A stretch of DNA of 64,000 bases from Gammaproteobacteria bacterium (GCA_027081275.1 JALWKV010000046.1:2315-66314), one strand, 5' to 3'; shown: positions 9,351 through 18,911, counted from the first letter of the stretch. The notes: generated from the letters alone by a model not told the origin. Made by a program: numbers and translations.

Positions 9351-10584
9351 CCCGACGATCCCCCTCTTCCACCTCCCTCACCACCTCCCGATAGGCATCG
9401 ATGAGAACATCCCGCTGTTCGGCCGGGATGTCATGGCTGTCGAGGCAACGGAGAAAAACGTCGTGGACATCGAGGTCGTCCAGCGTTTCATCCTCGCGCA
9501 TTTTTCCCAGCGCTGTTTCGACGACGCGGTTGTTGCGTATGCGCAGGATCTCCAGTTTCGACTCCGACACCAGTTCTTCCAGCCGCTGGCGCAAGTCGCC
9601 GATGATTTCGTCGCCGTCGTAGCGTATCTCCAGCCAGGCGGCGGCCTGTTCCTCGACCAGCGCGCGGATCGCCGTCTCCAGCGTCGGCCAGTCTCCGCTC
9701 AGGTATTGCAGTCGCTGGAACGTCGGCACATCGAGCAGTTCGACTGTCGGTTGCCGTTCGTCGAACGCGACGAGGCAGAGCGATTTTTTCTGCCCCGCTT
9801 CGCCGAACCCCATTGGCAGCGGCGAGCCGGCGTAGCGGATGTGTTCGGCGCCCCCGACTTTCTGCGGCACGTGGAGATGCCCCAACGCCACGTAGTCGAA
9901 GCAGTCCGGAAATACGGCGCCGCTGACGTGGGCCAGCGAGCCGACGTAGAGTTCGCGCACGCCATCGCCCTCGACGGTTTCGCCGCCGGCGGCGAACAGA
10001 TGCCCCATGCCGATGATCGGTATCTCTTGCCCCAGTCGCTCTTGCAACGCCTGGGCGGCCGCGCCGACGGCGGCGTAGTGGTCGCGGATGCCCTCCACCA
10101 GCTTGCGGGCCTTGTCCTCGGTGCTCTCCCCCGCCTCGGCGCTGCGGATGTCGCGATCGCGCAGATAGGGAACGGCGGCGACGATCGCCATCGGCTCCCC
10201 CGCGTCATTTTCCAGCAGCAGCACCTCCTCCGCCGGATCGGCGGCAGCGGCGCCGATCACGTGCACCGACAGCGCGCGCAACAGCGCCCTGGGCGCATCG
10301 AGGAAGGAGGGCGAGTCGTGATTGCCGCCGATGACGACGACGTGGGCGCAACGGGAGCGGGAGACGCGCTCGAGAAAACGGTAGTAGAGCGCCTGCGCCC
10401 GGTTGCTCGGCGCGGTGGTGTCGAAGACGTCGCCCGCCACCAACAGCACGTCGATGCGCTGGCGCTCGATGGTGTCGGCCAACCAGTCGAGAAAGGCAGA
10501 GAATTCCTCGTAGCGCTTGCGGCCATAGAGGCTGCGGCCGAGGTGCCAGTCGGAGGTGTGGAGAATCTTCAGGGGCGCCGCCAT
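9343..10584 (-). CDS. sbcD: Nuclease SbcCD subunit D (Mre11-like metallophosphoesterase)
   Basis: N-terminal calcineurin-like motifs (ILHTSDWHLG, LLVAGDVFD, GNHDS, GHLH), 413 aa. No sbcC ORF on either side. Confidence 0.85.
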   Translation of the reverse strand: MAAPLKILHTSDWHLGRSLYGRKRYEEFSAFLDWLADTIERQRIDVLLVAGDVFDTTAPSNRAQALYYRFLERVSRSRCAHVVVIGGNHDSPSFLDAPRALLRALSVHVIGAAAADPAEEVLLLENDAGEPMAIVAAVPYLRDRDIRSAEAGESTEDKARKLVEGIRDHYAAVGAAAQALQERLGQEIPIIGMGHLFAAGGETVEGDGVRELYVGSLAHVSGAVFPDCFDYVALGHLHVPQKVGGAEHIRYAGSPLPMGFGEAGQKKSLCLVAFDERQPTVELLDVPTFQRLQYLSGDWPTLETAIRALVEEQAAAWLEIRYDGDEIIGDLRQRLEELVSESKLEILRIRNNRVVETALGKMREDETLDDLDVHDVFLRCLDSHDIPAEQRDVLIDAYREVVREVEEGDRREE

Positions 10585-10595
10585 GGGGCGTTACG

Positions 10596-11216
10596 TTACA
10601 TGGCGGCGGCCATCTGCGCCATTGTCTGGTGCCCCGGCACCGCCTCAACCGCCGCCAGCCAGCGCTGCAACGCCGGATAGTCGTCGAGGTCGAATCCCCC
10701 CTCATGCGCCACATGGGTATAGGCATAGAGGCTGATGTCGGCGATGGTCGGCTGCTCGCCCGCCAGAAACGGCGACTGCGACAGCTGCGTATCCATGACC
10801 CGCAGCGCCTTGTGGCCGCCCGTCTGCTTGGCTTCATATTCCGCGCGGCGCTCGTCGGGCAGGCCGAGATAGCGATTGATGAAGCGCGCCGTGGCGATAT
10901 AGGGCTCGTGGCTGTACTGCTCGAAAAACTGCCACTGCAGCACGCGGGCGCGCGCCAGCGGCTCCTCCGGCAGCCACGCCGAACCGTCGGCGAGAAAGTT
11001 GAGAATGGCGTTGGACTCGGTCAGAACGCCACCGTCGTCGAGCTGCAATACGGGAATCTTCCCGTTGGGATTCATGGCGAGAAACGCCTCGGTTTCGGTC
11101 TCGCCGGCGAGGATATCGACCGGCTGCCAGTCGTGCTCGATGTCGAGCAGCGTCAGCAGCAGACGGATCTTGTAACAGTTGCCGGAGTGGATATCTCCGT
11201 AGACGCGATAGGACAT
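10596..11216 (-). CDS. Glutathione S-transferase family protein
   Basis: 206-aa ORF, intergenic-sized gap to sbcD; assignment is approximate, no diagnostic motif identified. Confidence 0.75.
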   Translation of the reverse strand: MSYRVYGDIHSGNCYKIRLLLTLLDIEHDWQPVDILAGETETEAFLAMNPNGKIPVLQLDDGGVLTESNAILNFLADGSAWLPEEPLARARVLQWQFFEQYSHEPYIATARFINRYLGLPDERRAEYEAKQTGGHKALRVMDTQLSQSPFLAGEQPTIADISLYAYTHVAHEGGFDLDDYPALQRWLAAVEAVPGHQTMAQMAAAM

Positions 11217-11317
11217 GCGACCCCCTCTTTCGTTCTGGTTGGTAGTGGGGTCAGTGTACGCCCGTCGTCGCCACGGACGCGCGTCTGCCGCCTGTGGTCA
11301 ATACGGGGATCGGGTCA

Positions 11318-12832
11318 TCACGAGGGTCGCTTGCGCTCGAAAATGATCTGCTGCCACTCTCGCGGCCCGGTCTCGTGCACCGACACGCCGCGCGAATCGA
11401 CGGCGACGGTCACCGGCATGTCCCTGACCTCGAATTCGTAGATCGCCTCCATGCCGAGATCGTCGAAGGCGACGACGCGGGCGGCGGTGATTGCCTTCGA
11501 AACCAGGTAGGCCGCGCCACCGACGGCCATCAGGTAGACCGAACGATGACGCCTGATCGACTCGATGGCTGCGGGGCCACGCTCGGCCTTGCCGATGGTG
11601 CCGAGCAGGCCGGTCTCGTCGAGAATGCGGTCGAGGAACTTGTCCATCCGCGTCGCCGTCGTCGGTCCCGCCGGGCCGACGACCTCGCCGTCCACCGGAT
11701 CGACCGGACCGACGTAGTAGATGAACTTGCCCGCCAGATCGACCGGCAGCGGTTCGCCGCGGTCGAGCAGCTCGAACAGCCGCTTGTGGGCGGCATCGCG
11801 GCCGGTGTACATCTTGCCGGAGAGCAGCAGCACTTCGCCCGGCTGCCAGCTGGCGATCTGTTCGCGCGTGACGCTGTCGAGATCGACCCGGCGCGAACCG
11901 GGCGCGGCCTCGTAGGCGATATCGGGCCAGATCGAGAGATCCGGCGGCGCCTGCAATGCCGGGCCGCTGCCGTCGAGCGTGAAATGCGCATGACGGGTCG
12001 CGGCGCAGTTGGGAATCAGCGCCACCGGCAGCGACGCGGCGTGGGTGGGATAGTCGCGAATCTTGACGTCCAGCACCGTCGTCAGACCGCCCAGCCCCTG
12101 GGCGCCGATGCCGAGTTCGTTGACCCTGTCCACCAGCTCCAGCCGCAGTTCCTCGACGCGATTGGCGGGGCCGCGCTGGCGCAGTTCATGGATGTCGATC
12201 GGCTCCATCAGCGCCTCCTTCGCCAGCAGCACCGCCTTCTCCGCCGTGCCGCCGATGCCGATGCCGAGAATGCCCGGCGGGCACCACCCCGCGCCCAGCG
12301 TCGGCACGATATCGAGCACCCAGTCGACGATGCTGTCGCTGGGATTGAGCATCGCCAGCCGCGCCTTGTTCTCGGAGCCGCCGCCCTTGGCCGCCACCGT
12401 CACCTCGACGGTATCGCCGGGCACGACCGTCATGTGGATCACCGCCGGGGTGTTGTCGCCGGTGTTTCGCCGCCGGCCGGCCGGATCGGAGACGATCGAC
12501 GCCCGCAGCACGTTTTCCGGCCAGAGGTAGGCGCGACGCACCCCCTCGTTGACCATCTCCTCGACGCTCATGTCGCCCTCCCAGCGCACGTCCATGCCGA
12601 TCTTCAGAAACGCCACGACGATGCCGGTGTCCTGGCAGACCGGTCGATGCCCCTCCGCCGCCATCCGCGAATTGACCAGAATCTGCGTGATCGCATCCTT
12701 CGCCGCCGGCGACGCCTCCTCTTCCCAGGCCCGCGTCATCGCGCGGACGAAATCCTCGGGATGGTAGTAGGAGATGAATTGCAGCGCGTCGGTGAGGCTG
12801 GCGATGAAATCTTCGTTCTTGATCAGGGGCAT
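11318..12832 (-). CDS. fumA: Class I (Fe-S dependent) fumarate hydratase
   Basis: 504 aa; N-terminal catalytic region with CQDTGIVVAFLKIG and a C-terminal beta-subunit-like domain, matching FumA/FumB-type class I fumarases. Confidence 0.9.
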   Translation of the reverse strand: MPLIKNEDFIASLTDALQFISYYHPEDFVRAMTRAWEEEASPAAKDAITQILVNSRMAAEGHRPVCQDTGIVVAFLKIGMDVRWEGDMSVEEMVNEGVRRAYLWPENVLRASIVSDPAGRRRNTGDNTPAVIHMTVVPGDTVEVTVAAKGGGSENKARLAMLNPSDSIVDWVLDIVPTLGAGWCPPGILGIGIGGTAEKAVLLAKEALMEPIDIHELRQRGPANRVEELRLELVDRVNELGIGAQGLGGLTTVLDVKIRDYPTHAASLPVALIPNCAATRHAHFTLDGSGPALQAPPDLSIWPDIAYEAAPGSRRVDLDSVTREQIASWQPGEVLLLSGKMYTGRDAAHKRLFELLDRGEPLPVDLAGKFIYYVGPVDPVDGEVVGPAGPTTATRMDKFLDRILDETGLLGTIGKAERGPAAIESIRRHRSVYLMAVGGAAYLVSKAITAARVVAFDDLGMEAIYEFEVRDMPVTVAVDSRGVSVHETGPREWQQIIFERKRPS

Positions 12833-12899
12833 GGGAGTAGATCAGGTTGGGACAGGCAAGCAGTAGCGGCTGGAGGTATGACGAAGTGGAATGCGACCA

Positions 12900-13124
12900 T
12901 CAGGCCACTTCCCGAACATGTGCGATTTCCCGCTTGCCGACGGGTCTCACGTCTTCCGCTGAAACGGTGACGACACCAACGGTCTCGCCGGTCAGTGTCG
13001 TGAACTCGATTTCGAAGCCGCGACCACCGGCATGCACCATGACTACCGTGCCGACATCTCCGGCTTGCAATCCGAAATCGGGCAGGTCACGGGTCAGCAC
13101 GACGGGTTCGAATTCTTTGATCAT
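12900..13124 (-). CDS. DUF4926-like small protein (74 aa)
   Basis: MIKEFEPVVLTRDLPDFGLQAGDVGTVVMV...GFEIEF pattern typical of DUF4926. 4-nt overlap with the upstream ORF. Confidence 0.6.
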   Translation of the reverse strand: MIKEFEPVVLTRDLPDFGLQAGDVGTVVMVHAGGRGFEIEFTTLTGETVGVVTVSAEDVRPVGKREIAHVREVA

Positions 13125-13741
13125 GGGTGTTTCTCCACTGGATAGGCGGTCACCAGACGGGCCTCATCGGCCGCCCGCTCGATGAACCAGACCGTGCGCA
13201 GCAACACTATCCTACCATCGGGGGTCGACAAGGGCCCATCGACAACGAACTTGACGCCGAAAGCCGTTTCCAGCGGTTCGTCGCTGGCATTGAGCCGGCC
13301 ATGCTCGAGCAGCGCCGCGCCAAGCAACTCGGGACGATCGGGTGAGAATCCCAGCCTCATGAAAAAAAGCGCCTTTTGCCTGCTGACTGGATGCCTTTCA
13401 TTGAGCAGATACCGCGACAGCTTTTCGCTTTCGACAGTCAACTTGTAAGCCCCAAGCGTCCTTTCCGCTGTCGAGCGATTGCCCTCCACCTGCCCCGAAG
13501 TGCCGTCTCGCCGCAACTGAGCCACCACCTCTCGCTGCGCCGCATCGGCCGCCTCCGCATTGCCCAGCAGCAGATCGAAAAGCTGGGGATCCTCCATTTC
13601 CAGCAACGCGGCGAAGGCCGCCCTCTCCTTCTCACTGGCGTTGGGGTAGCGGTATTTCAGCCAATGGTCGAGCGCGATGTCGAGCTCGCGCGCACCGCGG
13701 CGGCAAAGCCATTTCAGACGGGCGAGTTCGTCATTTTCCAT
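13121..13741 (-). CDS. sdhE: SdhE (FAD assembly factor / CptB-like, residues ~1-85) read through in-frame into a DUF6883-like domain (~107 aa). May be two genes with a lost stop or an unrecognised TTG start
   Basis: MENDELARLKWLCRRGARELDIALDHWL...LLEMEDPQLFDLLLG aligns to E. coli SdhE (ARIHWACRRGMRELDISIM...LLECDDPDLFNWLM). The downstream part (KLSRYLLNERHPVSRQKALFFMRLGF...LVTAYP) is DUF6883-like. The 70 codons upstream of the Met in the ORF track overlap the neighbouring gene and are discounted. Confidence 0.55.
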   Translation of the reverse strand: MENDELARLKWLCRRGARELDIALDHWLKYRYPNASEKERAAFAALLEMEDPQLFDLLLGNAEAADAAQREVVAQLRRDGTSGQVEGNRSTAERTLGAYKLTVESEKLSRYLLNERHPVSRQKALFFMRLGFSPDRPELLGAALLEHGRLNASDEPLETAFGVKFVVDGPLSTPDGRIVLLRTVWFIERAADEARLVTAYPVEKHP

Positions 13742-13745
13742 CACG

Positions 13746-14927
13746 CTAGAAAAAGCGGGCCAGTTCGAGCTGGATGAAGTCGTCGCTGCGCAGTGGATAC
13801 TGCGGGTCTTTGGGGTCGATGTGGCCGAACAGCTGCGCCTCGGCGGTGATTTTCCAGTTCTGGCCGATGCGCCGGTTGAACTCGACGCGGTAGCCGCGGC
13901 TGCCGAGTTCGAGGTCGAACAGCCCGCCGGCGAGCAGCTCGGTGCTCTGGGCATCGTTCAGCGCCCAGCGCGCGCCGAGAAAGAGATCGTTCTGGAACGG
14001 CGTCGGCGCATCCTTGCCGCGGCTGTCGCGGTGATATTCCATCAGCACGCCAAGATCGGCATCCGATTCGGCGATGCCGTAGAAGGTGTATTCGAAACCG
14101 CCGACCATCGCATCGAAACGGTCGTCGGAAAATTCGCGATGGATCGCCTCCAGTTTCCACAGCCAGTTTTCCAGCGTCGCCTGCAGGTCGAGGCCGATCT
14201 GGTCGATCTGCGGATAGTAGGGAATCAGGCGCGGCTGTCCCCCAGCGGTGACGAGGCGCAGCTGCGGATCGCGCGAGGTGCCGGAGAAAAACGACAGCCC
14301 CAGATCCCAGTCGTCATGCACGGTACCAGCAAGGCGCAACGCGTAGTCGACATGGCGATCCTCGCGGTCGGACTCGTACTGCGCGTGGTCGGTATCGATC
14401 GGCAGCGGCCCGCGCAGCCGACCATCGACGCCCGGGAAGGTCCGCTCGCGAAAGCCGGGTAGCACGAACAGCTCCACCGTGCCCCAGTCCCGGTACCAGA
14501 GCCCATGCAGCGCCGGCTGGCCGAGCTTGTCCTCGCCATCGATGTTTTCCACCAGATCGGTCTGGTTGATGATATCGACCAGATGCCTGGACTCGGTCAC
14601 GCCCCAGAAAACCTTGATCAGCCCCGCATCCCACTCCCAGTCGCCGCGCGCGAAATGCAGCCGCGCCTCGCGCAGATCGGCATGGGTACGCTCCTCGTCA
14701 ACGCCGTCGTGGCGATAGAAGGGAGTGATGGTCAGCGAATAGTCGGTTCCGTCGAAGGCGTGGTAATACTCCACCTCCGCCGACAGCGAGGGATAGATAT
14801 CCTCCTGCTCCGTATAAAGCGCATCATTCCAGAAATAGCGCGCCTCGGCGGTGACATTGCCGCGCCACTCAGCTTGCGAGGCGAGAGAAAAAAGCAGCAA
14901 TGCCGCCGAGAGGATTTTTCCTTTCAT
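13746..14927 (-). CDS. Outer-membrane beta-barrel protein of the DUF1302-like family that partners with DUF1329/RND
   Basis: Signal peptide MKGKILSAALLLFSLASQA. Aromatic/Gly-rich beta-strand pattern with C-terminal ...LELARFF. Start chosen at the internal Met of the ORF track. Confidence 0.6.
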   Translation of the reverse strand: MKGKILSAALLLFSLASQAEWRGNVTAEARYFWNDALYTEQEDIYPSLSAEVEYYHAFDGTDYSLTITPFYRHDGVDEERTHADLREARLHFARGDWEWDAGLIKVFWGVTESRHLVDIINQTDLVENIDGEDKLGQPALHGLWYRDWGTVELFVLPGFRERTFPGVDGRLRGPLPIDTDHAQYESDREDRHVDYALRLAGTVHDDWDLGLSFFSGTSRDPQLRLVTAGGQPRLIPYYPQIDQIGLDLQATLENWLWKLEAIHREFSDDRFDAMVGGFEYTFYGIAESDADLGVLMEYHRDSRGKDAPTPFQNDLFLGARWALNDAQSTELLAGGLFDLELGSRGYRVEFNRRIGQNWKITAEAQLFGHIDPKDPQYPLRSDDFIQLELARFF

Positions 14928-14944
14928 CTTCGGCATGCCACCTT

Positions 14945-15724
14945 TCAGTGCAGATTCTTCAACTTGTTCTTGTTGAAATCCTTGGCGCGGAGGCCCGTCC
15001 TGAACTTGTAGTTCTTCCACTCGAGCACGGTGCTCTTGCCGTTTTGCAGATTTTTCATCTCCATTTTCGACGGCCGCCAGTAGTGGCCGAGATATTCCTT
15101 GTAGTCGCTCATCGTCAGCGTCTTCAACGGCTTGTTCTTGCGATCGTAGTATTCGACCTTGACGATGCGGTATTTATCCTTGTCGAGCCAGACGACCTGC
15201 CGCGTATAGCCGGAGTATTTGTATTGCGGCCGCCGCTCGATGACATGGCACTGCCACTGCCCGCAGGGCTCCTCGCGCAGAAAACGGTAGGCGTATTTCT
15301 CCACCTCCTGCGAGCCGAGATCCTCGAAGGCGAACTCGCTGCCCATGAACGGCCCGGACTTGTTGCGCGAACTGATCCGCTTGACCCTTTTCAGCGCCGG
15401 CAGATAGAGCCACTGATCATCGGGCTTGAGCCCGTGGGAAAAGGTCAACATCGCCGTCCCCTTCACATCCGCCGGCTCGTCGAAGATCGACATGCTCTTG
15501 TCGCCGTCGCCATCCACCTCCAGCGTGCGGATGCGGATGTGACGCACGCTCTCCTGCCCCTTGCGGTTGCGCAGCGTCATCGTCATGTCGGCAGTGAAAT
15601 CACCGAAGCCCTTGTCGTAGGCGTCGGCCTCCTGGGCAATACGCAGCCCCTTCTCCTCGGCCGTCTCGGCCTGGACCACACCGCCGAACAGCAACGCCAC
15701 GATGATGGCAATCCAGTATTTCAT
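14945..15724 (-). CDS. LolA-like outer-membrane lipoprotein-sorting/carrier protein (DUF1329-like), 259 aa
   Basis: Only the C-terminal 259 codons of the 479-aa track ORF are protein-like (MKYWIAIIVALLFGGVVQAETAEEKG...). The rest is a GC-rich alternate frame. ATG confirmed at 15724. Confidence 0.65.
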   Translation of the reverse strand: MKYWIAIIVALLFGGVVQAETAEEKGLRIAQEADAYDKGFGDFTADMTMTLRNRKGQESVRHIRIRTLEVDGDGDKSMSIFDEPADVKGTAMLTFSHGLKPDDQWLYLPALKRVKRISSRNKSGPFMGSEFAFEDLGSQEVEKYAYRFLREEPCGQWQCHVIERRPQYKYSGYTRQVVWLDKDKYRIVKVEYYDRKNKPLKTLTMSDYKEYLGHYWRPSKMEMKNLQNGKSTVLEWKNYKFRTGLRAKDFNKNKLKNLH

Positions 15725-15771
15725 CTTCTGTCTCTCTTTTACTGTTAAACAATGATTCGACGAGCGCCGCC

Positions 15772-18099
15772 TCAGGCCACGCCGGCGGCCCCGTCGGCCG
15801 CCTTCACCGAGCTGGTTTTCGCGTCGCGATCGAGGCGCATCAGCAGCGGCGGCAGAAAGAAGAAATCGACGAACAGCGCAATGGCAATGGTGATCGCCGT
15901 CATCAGCCCCATCGAGGCATTGAGCTCGAAGGCCGACCGCGACAATACCAGAAAGCCGGCCACGAGCACGGCCGTGGTCACCCACAGGGCCATGCCGACG
16001 CTGTGGAAGGCGTAGCGCACGGCATCCTCCGCGCCGAGCTGCTGCTCGCGCCGCGCCCGCACATACTTGCTGAGAAAATGCACCGTATCGTCGACGACGA
16101 TGCCCAGCGTCATGGCGACGACCACCGACAGCGCAAGGCCGATCTCGCCCCTGACCAGATACCAGACGCCAAAGGCCATCGCCGCCGGCGCGAGGTTGGG
16201 AATCAGGCTGATCAGCCCGAGCCGCAGCGAGCGCAGCGCGAAAATCAGCGTGATCGAGATCAGGAACAGCGCCACGATCGTGCCGGTCAGCATGCTCCTG
16301 ATATTGCGCATGCCGATATGGGAGAACATCACTGTCGGACTGGCGCCCTGCGTGACCAGCTCCGGCGTATTCTCTTGCCTCCATTCACGCGCGCGCTGCT
16401 CCAGCGCCAGCACCTGGCTGGTGCTCAGCGTCTGCAGCGAAACCGACATCCGCGTCGCCGACTTGTCGATATTGATCTGGTTGTTCAGGTCGAGTCCGTA
16501 GGGCAGCGACATTTCATAGAGCAGCAGATACTGCGCCGCCAGATCGCGCGCCTCCGGCAGCCGGTAGAACGCCGGATCGTCGCCATGCATGTTGCGGTTG
16601 AGGCGCTTGAAGATATCGGTGATCGCGTTGACATGCTTGACCTCGGGCTGCAGCCGATACCAGTTGGCGAATTTCTCCACCTGCTGCAGAAAACGGGGAT
16701 CGCTGATGCCGCCCTTCTCGCCGCTGTCGAGCGAGTAGTCGATGAAATAGAGCCCGGTGAGATTCTCCGCCACCTTGTCGGTATCGACGCGAAACTTGAT
16801 GCTCTCATCGAAATACTGGACGAAATTGTCATTGAGCTGATTGCGCGGCGCGAGCGCCGCCAGCACCAAGATCAGCGCCCCCACGCCGTAGAGCAGCGGG
16901 TTGCGATGGCAGATGACGAAATCCGCCAAGCCATCCATGACATGGTGCCCGCGCGTCTTGCGCGCCCTGGCGCGCACCGGCAGCACCGAAATCATCGCCG
17001 GCAGGAAGGTGACGCTGAGAACAAAGGCGTAGATCACGCCCATCGCCGTGATGTTGCCGAGATCCCGAAACGGCGGCGCGTCGGAAAAGTTCATCGACAG
17101 GAAGCCGATCGCCGTGGTGAAGGAGGTGAGAAAAATCGGGTGGAAATTGATCCTCATGCTCTCGACGATGGCCGCGTTGCGGGAATCGCCGTGACGCATG
17201 CGAAACAGCATCGTCGAGAGAAAATGGATCGAGTCGGCCACCGCGAGCGTCATGATCATCGTCGGCGCCGACATCGTCGGGGGCGTCAGCCGTATGCCGA
17301 ACCAGCCCGCCGTGCCCATGGCCGCGAAAATCGACATGAACAGCAGCAGCACCGTCGTCACCGTTCCGCTGATGCTGCGCAGAAAAACGATCAGGCCGAG
17401 AATGATCACGCCCAGCGCCATCGGCACCAGCGTCTGCATGTCCTTCATCGACGCCTCGGGGAAGGCGTTGTTCATCATCACCACGCCGGTGACGTAGAAC
17501 TCGATGTCCGGATAGCGTTTTTCGAAGTCGGCCACCATCTGCCGCACGAAGGCGACCACCTCGGGCACCTCCGCGGTCGGATTCTCGCCTGGCAGCTCTA
17601 TGGTGATATTGACGCCGGTCGCGTGGGCGCTGTCGGAGATCAGCCGCCGGACCAGCAACGGCTCCGCCAGCGCGATCCGGCCGCGCTCGGCCAGCTCCCC
17701 GTCGGACATCTCGCCGGGGTTTTCGATCAGATCCTCGACGATGAGGTCGTCATCCTCGGCGTGGGTGTGCTGAAAATTGGACACCGAATCGACCCGGATC
17801 GAATACGGCACCTGCCATGCCGCCTCGGTCAGCTCGGTCACCGCCGTCATCACTTCCCTGCTGATCGCCTCGCCGTCGCGGGGCAGCAGCATGATCAGCA
17901 CGTTGTCGGTTTTGGTATAGGTGTCCTGAAGGTTTTCAAAAGCGGCGAGCTGCGGATTCTCCTTGCTGAAGAAAACCCGGTAGTCGTTCGTCAGCGTCAG
18001 GAATCGCCCGCCGGACGCCAGCAGCGCCACCGACAGCAGACTGACGGCAATGACCAGCCAGCGCCAGCGAATGATCCACTCGGCATATTTTTCGATCAT
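15772..18099 (-). CDS. RND-superfamily exporter with MMPL-type domains
   Basis: 775 aa with two TM bundles (12 TM) and two large periplasmic loops. Adjacent to the DUF1329/DUF1302 pair and a TetR gene. Confidence 0.8.
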   Translation of the reverse strand: MIEKYAEWIIRWRWLVIAVSLLSVALLASGGRFLTLTNDYRVFFSKENPQLAAFENLQDTYTKTDNVLIMLLPRDGEAISREVMTAVTELTEAAWQVPYSIRVDSVSNFQHTHAEDDDLIVEDLIENPGEMSDGELAERGRIALAEPLLVRRLISDSAHATGVNITIELPGENPTAEVPEVVAFVRQMVADFEKRYPDIEFYVTGVVMMNNAFPEASMKDMQTLVPMALGVIILGLIVFLRSISGTVTTVLLLFMSIFAAMGTAGWFGIRLTPPTMSAPTMIMTLAVADSIHFLSTMLFRMRHGDSRNAAIVESMRINFHPIFLTSFTTAIGFLSMNFSDAPPFRDLGNITAMGVIYAFVLSVTFLPAMISVLPVRARARKTRGHHVMDGLADFVICHRNPLLYGVGALILVLAALAPRNQLNDNFVQYFDESIKFRVDTDKVAENLTGLYFIDYSLDSGEKGGISDPRFLQQVEKFANWYRLQPEVKHVNAITDIFKRLNRNMHGDDPAFYRLPEARDLAAQYLLLYEMSLPYGLDLNNQINIDKSATRMSVSLQTLSTSQVLALEQRAREWRQENTPELVTQGASPTVMFSHIGMRNIRSMLTGTIVALFLISITLIFALRSLRLGLISLIPNLAPAAMAFGVWYLVRGEIGLALSVVVAMTLGIVVDDTVHFLSKYVRARREQQLGAEDAVRYAFHSVGMALWVTTAVLVAGFLVLSRSAFELNASMGLMTAITIAIALFVDFFFLPPLLMRLDRDAKTSSVKAADGAAGVA

Positions 18100-18785
18100 T
18101 CTTCTTTTCTCGCTCGCAGATTTTCAAGATAGTGGATCAGCGCCTGGCCGCACTGCATCAGCACTTTGTGGCTCTGGGCATTCTTCGCCGCCGCCAGACA
18201 TCCTTCCAGCGTCGCCACGACCATCACCGCCGTCGCCTCCACGTCGATATCACCACGCACCTGCCCGGCCTGCTGGCCACGCCGCAGCGCCGCCGCCAGA
18301 CCGGCGCGCCACTCGGCATAGATGGCGTCGAGGCGCTCGCGAAAGCCCTCGTCGACGGCGGACATCTCCTGGGAAAGGTTGGCGAGCGGACAGCCGAGCT
18401 GGATATCCTCCAGCGTCATCTGCCGACCGACGGTGTTGATGGTGTCGACAAGGACATCGACAGGGTTGCCCTGCTGCAGCGGCTCGATCCACAACTCGCG
18501 CATGCGGTCGCGGATCATTTCATCGAGCACAGCGTAGCCGAGCGCCTTCTTGCTGGGGAAGTAGTGATAGAGCGCCCCCTTGGTGACACCCGTGTGCTTG
18601 AGGATCCGGCTGATGCTGGCCGACTGGAAGCCGAAGCGGTGGATCTCCTCGAAAGCGGCGGCAAGCAGCTGCTGACGCGTCTCCTCGCTGGGCGCGGCGC
18701 AACAGCGGCCACACCCCCAGAAATGCCAGAAAGCCTTTTTCCCGCCGTTGCCGTCGCGTTTTCCGATCACCCGCTCTGCCGCCAT
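18096..18785 (-). CDS. TetR/AcrR-family transcriptional regulator; true start probably internal to the ORF
   Basis: HTH region ASISRILKHTGVTKGALYHYFPSKKAL; 4-nt overlap with the RND gene. Confidence 0.8.
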   Translation of the reverse strand: MAAERVIGKRDGNGGKKAFWHFWGCGRCCAAPSEETRQQLLAAAFEEIHRFGFQSASISRILKHTGVTKGALYHYFPSKKALGYAVLDEMIRDRMRELWIEPLQQGNPVDVLVDTINTVGRQMTLEDIQLGCPLANLSQEMSAVDEGFRERLDAIYAEWRAGLAAALRRGQQAGQVRGDIDVEATAVMVVATLEGCLAAAKNAQSHKVLMQCGQALIHYLENLRARKEE

Positions 18786-18911
18786 TCATACCGGTCGGTA
18801 TGTTATAGGGCATACCAGTCGGTATGTCAAAGCGGCGACATCATGTAAACGCCACGGCGGTCTTCCCGTTGTAGAAGCTGTAAGTCATCAACACACAACG
18901 AGGAAAACATC

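Noticed and set aside
8774-9404. ORFs 8774..9019(+), 9023..9325(-), 9095..9292(+), 9117..9404(+) inside the repeat array
   Set aside because: Translations are repeat-derived (IPAFAGMT, RFRGNDG, SFPRKRES motifs recur in every unit), the signature of spurious ORFs called on palindromic repeats.
13742-13954. N-terminal 70 codons of ORF 13121..13954 (MPRAPSCSPAGCSTS...)
   Set aside because: Ser/Thr/Ala-rich alternate-frame read of the 3' end of the neighbouring outer-membrane gene. A conserved SdhE start (MENDELARLKW) lies at 13741.
14945-16384. Full 479-aa ORF on minus strand
   Set aside because: Only the last 259 codons (from MKYWIAIIV at 15724) look like a protein. The upstream 220 codons are an Arg/Ala/Gly-rich alternate frame overlapping the RND gene.
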